Under the pieces are notes generated by a model that was given only the letters and a program-made list of their open reading frames with translations, did not search any database and was not told where the DNA came from. 64,000 nucleotides of DNA, taken from contig NW_021832231.1 in assembly GCF_006345805.1 (NCBI RefSeq), forward strand, positions 186,001 through 250,000, in the 5' to 3' direction. Position 1 is the first letter of the stretch. Each line of letters begins with the position of its first letter. Origin of the DNA: Octopus sinensis (taxonomy: Eukaryota). The translations under genes were made by a program, and so were the position numbers. Shown here piece after piece: positions 1 through 11,262 of this stretch.

Positions 1-240
1 AACTTGAATTTTAAATGGATTGACATCATTAAAGGAATTACAAGTTACTATAATTCTGTCCAGTTCCATGCCATTCAAGAATTGAAGAAATTGTCAAAGG
101 AAAGGAATTCAGCGACAATAAAATTTAAAGATTGGGTCTATGCCGAACCCAATTGAGAACATTTGATGTGCATTCCAAGCTGACATAAAAAGACACATCG
201 CAACAGACATGGAAAATATTTTGAATAATGTGAGACAAGA
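1..240 (+). mobile_element. Degenerate Tc1/mariner (IS630-like) transposase C-terminal remnant
   Basis: Frame-broken translation CHSRIEEIVKGKEFSDNKI..NPIENI*CAFQADIKR resembles the NPIENxW motif that carries the catalytic E. Confidence 0.5.
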
Positions 241-246
241 AGCTTT

Positions 247-605
247 GTGCCAGCGGCAAGGACGCAGTGTGCGTTGCCCCGAAGGATGAGCGCTGGGCCA
301 AATCACCGACCCACTCGTGCTACTACTTTCCGCCACAATCTCTCGACTGAGGAATTCATTCTGTCCCTGTCCTCGTTTCGTGGCACAAGAGAGATCCCTC
401 TCCGTATCCCCAAACAAGCACGTCTGACGGCTGCTTCCTGCCTCGAACAAATTATTTCAGAAGCACTCACTTCCGAAGAAGACCTCTCGTGGTTCCGTAT
501 CTTCCTTTTTGCACCTCTCTTCCTTGGAAACAAGCACGAGGCGACCAATCCCGGCAAGGGAATCTCGTCCATAATTAAGTCTCTGGCAGTTTCTTTCGGC
601 GAGGA
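247..605 (+). mobile_element. CRE-like non-LTR retrotransposon fragment (region upstream of RT)
   Basis: RIPKQARLTAASCLEQII..SWFRIFLF parallels NPKGARIAAATCLSDLI..SW in the full CRE-like element at 33467. Confidence 0.6.
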
Positions 606-1950
606 ATGCAACAATCTTGTACTTTTTTCCAATTTTGAAAATAAAAACACCTTACCGTCAATCTTTAATAAAAATATATCTAAAAATGTCTCTGAATTAT
701 ATTCATATAAAGTTGCAGAGATAATTTACAAAAACTGGTTGCATTATTATTTTAAATTATAGGTGGTGGTATTAATGCCCATTTGATTGTAGAGAATGTC
801 ATCCATAAGGAGGCGATACAAAAATTGGAAGGGCAAAAAGAATTCCAAATAGGTGATCAAAAAATAATGGTTGAGAACCAAATATTTCACCAAATTGATT
901 CATGGAATGAAGAAAGACAAACAGAAGCGACTGAATATCTTACTTAATTTTGGTCATCAAATGAAACTACAAGAACGAAAGCAATTTCAAATTCAGACAA
1001 TGCCGAAAGAAAAATGTTAGGAAAAGGAGTATGGAAAATGAAATTCCTATTTGTAACATCGTCAATAGTTGTCAGAAGAGTTTATGTTGACAGTAGCTTA
1101 AAAGCAATTTCAAATAACATAAATGATTACGTTCCTTGTCAAATTTCGCCTACCCCCGGAAATAGTGATATTCGTTTTCCGCGTAGTAATTCTTCATGTG
1201 CTGATATATGGGCTGGAAGGGTGGATCTTGTCCCATTATAAGGCAAAAATTATAAAACTACTAAAAAAACGAGGAGATTAGCGCTCAAGGTGGCCTTTGG
1301 CGCAAATCAGAGAGAAAATATCGAGCTGTCACAAAACTTTTCCAATGATTGGTGACATTGTCGAAAGCCAGTTTCAAAAGTTTCTAAACAAGAGAAAAAA
1401 ATAGCCATTGAGGACTTCATGTATAAGGTCTACTACTGGCCCTTAATTTTATGTCCGGTATCTCTTTGCGAAAATAAACCTGTCGTATCTTATTAGTTTG
1501 ACACGTTTGCCTTTCTGTTAGTTGGCTTTTGAATCGGTATATTGAATACCAGGTTTTTTTAACGGCTCGTATTTAACCATATCTCATTTTCGACCGGTCA
1601 GAATAATTTGAAAAAACTTGACAAAAAATGGGGCTTCAAACTAAACTGAAGAAGTTGTATTGATAAAAAAGAATAGAAAATAAGAAAATACACTCTCAAA
1701 TAGAAAATGCAAAAATCAAAATCCATTATTAATAATGCTTATATTAAAATACAAATGCTTTCAAAACAATCCATACTAAATGACGAAAGTCTTAAAAGAA
1801 AAACGAACATTAAAATAATGAATGAAAAAGTTTGAGAAAGAATTGCACAATAAACTTTCTTTATTTTTATAGTTTTTAGTTAATTTCAAGTTTATTTGCC
1901 AATCCTAAAAGCAGAGTATCGAAAATGAGACAAGAGCATAGGGAGAATAG
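458..1950 (+). repeat. Copy A of a duplicated TE mosaic (CRE piece + hAT end + RTE piece)
   Basis: 458-1823 is near-identical to 11311-12704; 1824-1950 matches 13940-14060. Confidence 0.9.
1000..1400 (+). mobile_element. Degenerate RTE-like RT C-terminal segment
   Basis: The copy at ~12000-12230 reads VILHVLIYGLEGWILS..KIIKLL; the inverted relative at 42000-42350 keeps FLYLGV and ILPVLMYG. Confidence 0.5.
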
Positions 1951-2228
1951 AACAGGCGGAACAAATCAAAAATGGATTCCGAGCAGAATATTAGAATAAA
2001 AACATTAAAAAATAGAATAAACCGCAGTAATCAAAGAATTAAATAAGAATAAAAAAGGCTAATAAATACGCAGAAACATGAACTGTACTTAAATTTCTAT
2101 TGTCTCAATTGTGGCTCATTGTCGTTTTAAATTTGGGTTAAACATTCTTTGTGTAAAATGATCGATGCGATTCGTAGCAACGTTATTAATATTGTTTCGA
2201 TATTTCTTTTAATCTGTGAACTCTAATC

Positions 2229-5200
2229 ATGGATCCCACAGGTACTGGGTCATCCTCACTCTCAGAACACATTGAGTGGACAGTTGACCAGAAAAGTACG
2301 TACATGAACGATTCAGAGTTCAAAAGTCGACTAAAACAACTACAAGTCTTCATCGACAACATTTCCTTAACTAATTTTGATGCCTCTCCAGCTCAGAAAA
2401 GACAAATTTTTTGTGGTTGAAGTTTTTAAAAGCTGAATAGCAGGAAACGTCCAATTTGAATTTTTTCAAAAAGCAGTAAACTCCATTTTTGAAGACGAGC
2501 TCGACATTCGTGGATTACGTAACTGCTTCCTAAAAATATTCACAACACCAGGACACAAACTTGACTGGACGGAGGTCCCTGAAATATAAATTTTAGCAGA
2601 TTTTTGGATCATTTGTCCCAGGAAATCGGATTGCCCTTAACAAATTCAACACTGGGGACACCGGACAGTCAAACCATAAGGCAATCTCCGGTAACATGAT
2701 CTGGTCAATCTTTCGAGATCTGAGCGCAGGAGACTTTGTCTGCTGTGTGAAATACTTTGAGCATCTGGAATACTACAGCACTGCCTCGATTTTGGGAATG
2801 GTGTGCATTTGGAACAAAAAAGTAGTTTTTCTAATAATTTGCAGTTCAGAAGAATAAACATGCTTATGACAAATGTCGTCAATGTTGATATAATCGAATA
2901 GAGTAAATACTGGACAGTGGGTTTGGGCTACGCTAAGGTCGGGAAGCGGGTTGTTCTCATAAACGAAAACGAACTGATCATCTGGGACTACAGAACTTCA
3001 GGGAATCAGAAAGTATCACACGTTAAATATTTCAGAACTACAGCATTCTCACGTGCACCAACAAACGAATCACGACCGCGGTGGTCGACAACTTGGACGA
3101 CGGGTCTGACGTTATCATTTTTGGTGACAGCGCGGGAAACATTGGAATTCTAAACTACCAGCAGTCCATGTTGTCTCGACAGCCAGAAATATCAAAAAAC
3201 TCCTCGATTTTGTTGTTCAATGTCTGCGATTCGGTCAAGTAGTGCAAGTCAAGTTCTTTTAGAAACTACCCTCAGTTCCACAGAGCTTCCGTCGAATCAG
3301 TTTTTGGTTTATGTGCACGTGCACTAGATATTATACGATTCCACACTAAAATTGTTAATCTCATCGTCAGCCACTAATCGTGGTCAAATTGTTATCACAA
3401 AAATATCAGGAAAAGACGTGCTTAAGTACGTTTTTTCCCTGTAATGTTTAGACAACAATTCGTTATTATAAAAGAGACGAAATGTCTGGAAGTGACACAA
3501 GGGATGGTCATCGTAGGAGGAAAGGACAAGATAATACACGTGTGGACATCCTTCAACTTCAATACAAAACCGAGTTGTTTAAAAAATACATTTCTAGACA
3601 AATTGTACGGACACAGGACTTGTATCATCGATTTGAAGTCATGTGGAAAGCTGCTGGCCAGTTTGTCGACGAACGGAGTCATTTTTGTGTGGAGTCTGTC
3701 ATCCTTTGTCCTCATACAAGTACTTTTGGCGACTAACTCCAAAAGCAAGTCAAGCCAAACTCCCCCACGTTTCTAAACTGTCTTTGTTTGGCCAAAAATG
3801 AGCTTGTCGCAGGTCGTGTTGTCGTCTCACGGCTTAGCCTCGACGAAGCTCTTGTTTTGGAAGGTCAACAAACTTTCTCTGGACCGCCACAAAATAGTTC
3901 AATCGCATGAATTTCCGGTCATTGACGTATTCAATTTGTATACACAAATAGATGTTGATCGAAGGAATGACAGGCCAAATGATATCATACGACCAACATT
4001 CCAACATAAAAGTCATTTTTTGCTTTTTAAACAGATTTGGGACTTGATGAACATGGAAAAGACCAGCGAATTTGAGGCCAGCAGTTCCGGGCTTATCACC
4101 GCCTGTGAACTCGAGCCTGGCTCATTCACCGCCACGTTTGGATATCAGAATGGTACCCCGTCAGTCCAATTAAAACAGGCGCTTTGGAAGTCTGGGATTT
4201 GGCATTTAAACAAAAGTTCAAGTCATTTGTGCCCGTCGAAGGTCACTCAAACAAGATTTTGGCGTTAAAAACGTACATAGTGAGGAACAAGCTGTCGATT
4301 GTGACCCTGAACGACAGCAAGGCTGTCGACGTTTATGATGGATCAGTACTTTATTGACTAATTTGCAGAAGAGAGACAAAAAACTGAAATAACTTTGCTC
4401 AATTCATTCCAATTACCCCCGAGTGAAGGAAAGCCTAATGTGGTCACTTTTTTCAAAAAAATGGTAATCATCGGGGACAATCGGGGGAATGTCGAAATAT
4501 ATAATTTGAACACATTGGAGAGAACTGCCCAAAAGTAAACTAATTAGATTAAATTTTAAGCAAAATCAGTCAAAAAGACGCGGCCATCGTTAAAATGGTC
4601 ATTATCGGGGCCAACAACTGGTAAGTACAGCCATTTTCTACCTCTAGTAGACCACGTAGCATAGTCAAGGAAAGTAAGGTAACATAATTACTAATTTAAG
4701 AAATTAAATAAAAGAATGGACTCAGTAAAACACAATCCAAGTTCAAGATATTTGTAAAAATACAACTCAGATAACAAATTCATTCTGAATGTGGTTTCCG
4801 CCCTATCCGATGGTACAATCGTAGTCTGGGAAGTCAAGGTTTCCTGTTTTCCACCAATATCCAGACCAACAAAATAGTAGAACTGAGCCTTCTCATGAAG
4901 AAGACATCCGTCGTGTCCAGTCTGGCCTACTCAAGCCAATACTGCGCTCTTTTGGCTGGAAACGAGGGTTGTGTCTGACATGTGAATAACAAGATGGTTA
5001 TATAATCAGAATAACCACAAATTTGAAAGATTCGGTGAACGAAAAGGACGTCGACTGGCAGTCATGGCAGGGCCACTCAGGGAGAATCAACTCGATCAGA
5101 ATCACCAAAGAGACGTTTCTGACCTGCAGTGAAGACACCTCAATAAGGTTGGGGATTGTCAGACTGGCAGAGTGTGGGATATAAAGACCAACAACTTTCT

Positions 5201-5647
5201 CCAACTACTGTCTAACAAACCGAGTTTTGTCGGGATTAATAAACGGAAAAAGTTTGTTTTTGAAGACATTCCCAACAAAGTTTGAGTTTTTTTGAATTAC
5301 GAGGACGCCGAAATACACCAGAAAAATTCAATTATAGCTCAGAACACGGGCGTAGTGGAGTATTCGGTTAAGTTCACTTTTTAGGAAAATTTCGTGTTTA
5401 CAAAACGACTTTGTCCTACCAAACATTCTCAAGCATAATTATTTTTGCAATATAGGAAACACTGCTGTGGGTCATACGTCTCGATTGAGTAAAAAACTCG
5501 AATTGGAGACTGTTTTTGGCTCGATCAAAGTCCATAAGGTATTTTAAAGTCAATATTGAGCAGATCGAATCGGTTCCTTCTGCAAGAATAGTGGCAAAGA
5601 AAATTTCAAAAGAATCTCGGACTTTGGATGGCCACAATACAATTTAA
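2229..5647 (+). CDS. Multi-exon WD40-repeat protein, WDR49/WDY/EFCAB8-like (tentative family)
   Basis: Tiny GT-AG introns (e.g. 2296-2316, 2822-2844, 3013-3035, 4621-4647). WD-like blades VIVGGKDKIIHVW, LYGHRTCIIDL..LASLSTNGVIFVW, IFGDSAGNI, VQSHEFPV. N-terminal FLKI..LDWTE resembles the family EF-hand-like segment. The 3' end is approximate. Confidence 0.7.
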
Positions 5648-5868
5648 CAAGTTAAAAATACTTTATTAAAATTAATCATTTTTTTAATTAAATTTAATGA
5701 TTTTGATTAATTTTTCGATTATAGTTGATATAATTTTTGGATTACATTATTTTGATTTTTGCTAATTCAAATATTTAGGAAAAACAATAAGTTAAAATAT
5801 ATTTAAAAATAAAAAAGAATATAAAAATATAATTATCAATATAAAAAATAAAATTTAAAGACAAATAT

Positions 5869-6279
5869 AGTATGTAGTCTTGTGTTACTTCTATTTTTTA
5901 GTGAATGATCAGGACAAGGTCCGATTCCGTGCTGAATTAGAGTTCGTGCAGTGCCTTTCAAGTCCTAAATATTTAAATTGTACAAAATCTATTTCCAACG
6001 TGTAGTAATTGCCCAAAAAGGATATTTTCAAGACACCTGCTTTATAAACTATTTATCTTACCTACAGTACTGGAAGCAACCCAAATATTCATATTTCATA
6101 AAGTATGTCACGTGACTAAGCCCAGATATCCCACATCACTATATTTCCTCGACTTACTTCAAGACCCCCAATTCCGCGAAAGAATAGCTCGATGCGAGGT
6201 AGCCCAGAACATAGAAGACCAACTGATTCTCCACTGGCAGAACTACCAGCGGAAACGACAAGGGAAGCTGAGTCAGTGA
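5869..6279 (+). CDS. MED31: Mediator subunit 31 (SOH1)
   Basis: Removing introns 5870-5901, 5980-6005 and 6103-6125 gives MNDQDKVRFRAELEFVQCLSSPKYLNLIAQKGYFQDTCFINYLSYLQYWKQPKYSYFIKYPTSLYFLDLLQDPQFRERIARCEVAQNIEDQLILHWQNYQRKR.., colinear with MED31. Confidence 0.95.
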
Positions 6280-8048
6280 AGGGAGAGGAGCTCTTTGAGG
6301 GCCTCTCCACCTCCTGGGACGTCGTGAATCTCCTCGGCCATTTATTCAAATGCAAACAAAAATCAGTCCGCCAACAACTGGCTTTGAAGCTTCAGGAGTT
6401 TCCCCAAAGTGAGGAGTATTTGGCACAGCTGTTGAGCATGCACGTGACTAACTACGATGGGGGGTTCCTCGAGGAATATCTCCTCACTCGTTGTCGGTCT
6501 TCGGTAAGATTTGCAGTCTCGTGCTCGCTCATGTTGAAGGCTCTTTCTGTTGGGTATGACGCGACATGTCGTCCTTTGGAGAGATATTTATGGAAGGCAA
6601 AGAAGAGTCACAGGAGGACATATTCTGATAGGGAGAGAGGAGGGTTTGATTCGGGCTGTCGATGTCCGGTCACCAAGTCTCAGTGGGTGGACGCATTTGC
6701 TCGAGGGGAGGTCGAATATGGGAGAGGGACATCACACTGTCGCTGTCAAATCAACTTGATTCGTCCACAAGTCGCATTTCTCTCGCAGTTGACTGCCCTT
6801 GGATGTGAGCAGTGTCTTTTCCATGAAAGACTGAATGTGCTTGTCAACCAACTCAAATGTCTCAATTCGAGTCTGCCTGCGCCTGTGTGGCTTCCCTTTT
6901 CCACAGAACACGTCATTCTGAATATTTGTGAGAATGAGACAGTCATTCTCAATTCCAAGCCCAATGCCCCCTTCCTCGTATATGTGGAGGCACTGCAGCG
7001 TCAGGCAGAGGCTACCATCTCCACCTACTCAAAGTCCGAGTCCAATCTCCAGTCCAACTCGGTCTATTGTCAGCGTGTGTCTGCCGCCTCTATTCGCCAC
7101 CGATTACAGCATTCCGTGACTCCGCTGAGTGTGTCTTCCTCCAAGGATTCCACGGCGATGGCCCCCGAGTGTTGGAATGTGAAGAAGGCGAGAATACGGG
7201 CGACATCTTTGTTCGGAGACCTGCCCAATTGGAGTTTGTGGCCAGTCATCGTCAAACGGGGGGATGATTTGAGACAGGAAGTGATGATATCTCAGGTTGG
7301 GTGGATTGTGATATTAGAGGTGATTGGACTACTCCAGGAGAGTTGGGAGGTCGAGAATGTGAGGTTGTGGGTTCGTCCTGTTCGTGTTTATGTGACTGGG
7401 TCACTTCGGGGACTGATTGAGTATATCCCCGACACTGCCTCACTCCATCAAATCAAAAAGCGAGGATTTCCCCGACTCAATCAGTATTTTGTGGAACAGT
7501 TCGGGTTGGAGACGTCTGAGAAATATTTATGTGCGAGGGAGAACTTTGTGAGGAGTTGTGCGGGCTATTGTGTGGTGTGTTATCTCCTGCAAGTCAAGGA
7601 CAGGCACAACGGGAACATTCTTCTGGACGCAGAGGGTCATATGCTGCATATTGACTTTGCATTTGTAATGTCCTCTTCTCCTGGGAGGAATTTGGGGTTT
7701 GAGGTGTCGCCCTTCAAGTTGACTGACGAGTTTGTGGAGGTGATGGGAGGGCTCGAGTCGGATATGTTCAGATTCTTCAAGAGTCTCATTTTCCAGGGAC
7801 TTGTGGCAGCCAGGAAGCACGTGGAGAGGATTATCACATTGATGGAGATAATGCAAGTTGGGAATCCTACTCTCCCCTGTTTTAAGAACAGCACATGTTC
7901 TATTCAGTCCGTCAGAGAGAGGTTTCATGTCTCGTGGAAGGAAGACCAGTTGGAGAGGTTCACTGAGGAGATGGTTAATTCATCCTTGCGCTCGATCACT
8001 ACTCGTTTGTATGACAGTTATCAGTACTTTTCCAATGGAATTTTTTAA
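6192..8048 (+). CDS. PI4KB: Phosphatidylinositol 4-kinase III beta
   Basis: 618-aa ORF with helical domain YLAQLLSMH and kinase motifs VIVKRGDDLRQE, YLLQVKDRHNGNILL, HIDF, FEVSPFKLT, and C-terminal RLYDSYQYFSNGIF. Probable in-frame intron at 7296-7319. Start codon uncertain. Confidence 0.93.
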   Translation: MRGSPEHRRPTDSPLAELPAETTREAESVKGEELFEGLSTSWDVVNLLGHLFKCKQKSVRQQLALKLQEFPQSEEYLAQLLSMHVTNYDGGFLEEYLLTRCRSSVRFAVSCSLMLKALSVGYDATCRPLERYLWKAKKSHRRTYSDRERGGFDSGCRCPVTKSQWVDAFARGEVEYGRGTSHCRCQINLIRPQVAFLSQLTALGCEQCLFHERLNVLVNQLKCLNSSLPAPVWLPFSTEHVILNICENETVILNSKPNAPFLVYVEALQRQAEATISTYSKSESNLQSNSVYCQRVSAASIRHRLQHSVTPLSVSSSKDSTAMAPECWNVKKARIRATSLFGDLPNWSLWPVIVKRGDDLRQEVMISQVGWIVILEVIGLLQESWEVENVRLWVRPVRVYVTGSLRGLIEYIPDTASLHQIKKRGFPRLNQYFVEQFGLETSEKYLCARENFVRSCAGYCVVCYLLQVKDRHNGNILLDAEGHMLHIDFAFVMSSSPGRNLGFEVSPFKLTDEFVEVMGGLESDMFRFFKSLIFQGLVAARKHVERIITLMEIMQVGNPTLPCFKNSTCSIQSVRERFHVSWKEDQLERFTEEMVNSSLRSITTRLYDSYQYFSNGIF

Positions 8049-8177
8049 TGTTTTTCAATCAATTGATAATCTTTTTTGGTTTCATCTGCCATTGATAGAT
8101 TGGCTATTTATTGTGGTCATCATTTCACACATATCTGCATGTGGTTATTCAAATATTTCCGTCAGATCAGTTGACTA

Positions 8178-10111
8178 CAGTAAAACCTCTGGTGCTCGCC
8201 ACCTCTGTTACTCGCCACCTCTATTGCTCGCCAAATATTTTCCAAAAAATTAAAAATTTCTAGTAAATTTTGATAAATATTCTATTGCTCGCCATTTTCT
8301 AAATCTCGCCATTGATTTTTAAAAATATTTTTTTTGGTTAAATTATTTTTTATATAAAATATTTCAACCATGCTAAATTCAACATGTGTAAGAGCACAAG
8401 ATTGTCTTTTAATGAAAAACGTCGCATTATTGCGTACATGGAGGAGATCAAAAGTCTCACGATGGACCGTATAGCTTACATTTTTTCTTCTGTTTTTGAA
8501 GAAATAAATATCTCGCAGGGCTGTAAACGATTTTAGACTTGGAAAAGAGAAAATAATGTTTACTGATCCTATTTTCTCCAATTAGAAGAGATTATCTAAC
8601 TTAACTTATTCTGTTATTGACACCGAACTATTAACTTGGATGGAATACATTGAGCTTAGAAGGCAGTTTCTGGACGATAATTCAATTTTGTTGAAAGCAA
8701 AGAACATTGCTAATATTTATGGAATTAAAGAGTTTAAAGCCAGTAATGGATGGCTAAGCAAGTTCAAGATACGGAACAACTTAAAATTGAGGACTTTACA
8801 TGGAGAATCAGGATCTACTGCAGTTGATCAGAAACAAGAAATTGATGCATTTACTTCTTTGATCTCTGCAAAGATTTAACAATATAATACTGCAAACATT
8901 TATAACGCTGATGAAACTGGGATTTTTTTACAAATCTATCCCTTCAAAAAGTGTTTGTCAGAAGGTTCGATATGGACATAAAATCCTTAAAGAACGGTTT
9001 AATTTTAATTTATTTTTTTAGATTTTCTTTGTTGCTATGCTCAAATATAACTGGGACAGACAAAAATTCCACTTATGATTGGAAAGTTCTAGAAACCTCG
9101 CTGCTTTAAAAAATTTAAAGTCGAAAATTTTGTCGATTACTGTCATTCACCAAAAGCATGGATGACAAGTAAAATTTTTAACGAATGGCTTTTAACATGG
9201 GATAGGCATCTAAAAAAACGAAAAATTCTTTTAGTTGTGGATCGATGCTCATCCCATAAACTTTACGCTGATTTAGAGTCAATTGAAGTTCTTTACCTAC
9301 CTTCGAAGACTACAACAATTCTACAACCAATGGATCAAGGAATCATTAGATCCTTCAAAGGACATTTTAATAAACTTAAATTTGAGTTTATGTTAGAAAA
9401 AATTGAAAATGGAGAAAATCCACTGGAAGCTCATACAAAATTAACCTTAAAAGACGGTCTTCTTTTTACATATTTTGCCTGGAAAAAAGTAACGACCAAA
9501 ACAAGTACAAATTGTTTCGGACATTCAAAATGGATCGAATGTGAAAATCAACTCGAAAGACCAACCGTTGAAATTGATAATTATGATCAAATGGTAAATA
9601 TCTTGAAAATATTGGACCCGGTGGATAAAGATGATTTTATTAATCATGAATTTACCGAAATAGATGAAATTGAAGATTACCTTAATATTGCTGGAGATTC
9701 TTTCCCACAAAAATATGACGATGAAGATACTCATAATGACGAATCTCATGTGAATTCAAAAGAGGCTTTGAAAATGTTGAAAAGAATAGTCATTCTTTTA
9801 TCAAAATGAAAATTTTGATAAACATCCGTTGGAACTAATCGACACCGTTATTAGAATTATGGCTGAATTAAAAAAAACTATTAATGATTTTTTTAGTTAA
9901 TTTTTTCTTTTTAATTTCTTTCGATTCTCTTTGTTTCTTTGCTCAAATATGACTTGGAGGGCTCACTTATGAAAGGAAAGTATCGAAAACCGAGATGTTT
10001 TCAAAATTTCAAAGTCAAAAAATTTATTGATTATTTCTATTGCTCGCCAAATTCTATTGCTCGCCATTTTTTCTTTGGTCCCGAAAATGGCGAGCACCAG
10101 AGGTTTTACTG
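8178..10111 (+). mobile_element. pogo/Tigger DNA transposon, full length, transposase disrupted
   Basis: Perfect TIRs CAGTAAAACCTCTGGTGCTCGCCA with TA on both sides. CENP-B HTH (FKASNGWLSKFK), IYNADETG, LLVVDRCSSH, LQPMDQGII; stops and frameshifts. Confidence 0.95.
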
Positions 10112-10429
10112 TATATTTAGAAAGAATATTGAGCTTACAGTCAATTTTATTAGAAAACTATTTCTGAAATAATGATAGGATAAAAGATTGTTATTCTTGA
10201 CAATATAGTCACATTCTATTTTTTGTTCAAATCAATATTATAAATTTGTAATTACATTATGACCTCTATTTGAGCACCTATTTAAAAAAATTCCCCCAAA
10301 ACAGAGATTTACCCAAAAATGGAGGTTTGGCATTTCCTTTAAATTTATCCACAGTTTAATAATTTTATTTTTATAACAAAAACAGATATAGTTAAAAGTT
10401 AACACAGTCATCCATCCGAAGTGGACCCC

Positions 10430-10808
10430 GCCGACATTATCGAGGCTTCGTTGCCTCTCACAATCGCAACAGAGATCAACTGGAGAAGCCACCGGGTCAC
10501 ACGTGTGTCGTAGCTAAGCGTCCAAGTTTCTTTAGGAAGCGAAGCGATTTCCAACTTATTCCTCTTGTTGTCTTGACCACAATCGGATAGAACGCGAATC
10601 GGTCGCGCAGCGCTTCGTATTTTCTCTCATTTGCCCTCATCGTTTTTTCCGCAACAAACAGTCTGTCCACTGCACTCCCAGCAATGTTAGACGGGCAGAG
10701 AGTGTCGATATAAGTTGTGTTCCAGACTATAGCTTTCCCCTCTTCAAATGGAAAAATTATGACCCCATCAGGACGTTTTCCATCTCCTCTGTCAAGGCCA
10801 ACAGGTTA
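10430..10808 (-). mobile_element. CRE-like retrotransposon 3' fragment (RLE domain)
   Basis: [36 protein letters not shown]. Confidence 0.85.
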
Positions 10809-10824
10809 AAATACCAAAAACAAA

Positions 10825-10998
10825 TCAACTAGAAAATACCCAAAACAAATCACCAGAGAGTAAGTAAAGGAATTCAGAGAAGGAGGACTGATAATCAGGC
10901 ATCTTCCGTCGAATTCTTGACACAGATACTCGTGTTTGCTGATGGTGGCAAGTTCGAGGTAAATCGGAATCCACATCGAGGCAGCTAACCCCGAAATA
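10825..10998. repeat. Unclassified ~175-bp dispersed repeat
   Basis: Near-identical to 21745-21920; shared core CATCTTCCGTCGAATTCTTGACACAGATACTCGTGTTTG. Confidence 0.8.
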
Positions 10999-11262
10999 AG
11001 TTTCAGCTCAAACTTAATAATGCATTAAAAGAATTAAGTGAGGCCATTTTTTGGATTAATTATTATTTATTAAGTAATTTAATTTATAAGTATTATTTTC
11101 TGTGAGGATAACATAGATTGGAAATATTTTAAATTCTATTAACAAATTGAAATTTTTGTTGAATGCCAAACTATGAAAAATTCTGCGAAAGTGACAGGTA
11201 ACCTATTAACTACCACTAATAATTAAAGACAAAAGAAAGTGCTGGAAGAAAAAATTAAGATC
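10997..11262 (+). repeat. Copy of tropomyosin 5' flank and first exon
   Basis: Matches 56975-57375 (minus the CRE insert) and 59820-59992. Confidence 0.85.

Noticed and set aside
7067-8253. Overlapping alternative-frame and antisense ORFs over PI4KB (and similar ones over TEs)
   Set aside because: No motifs; expected shadow ORFs of GC-richer coding DNA.
10845-10930. Spliced-leader RNA gene next to a CRE fragment
   Set aside because: A donor-like AG|GTAAGT is present, but there is no clear Sm site or tandem array and only two dispersed copies.
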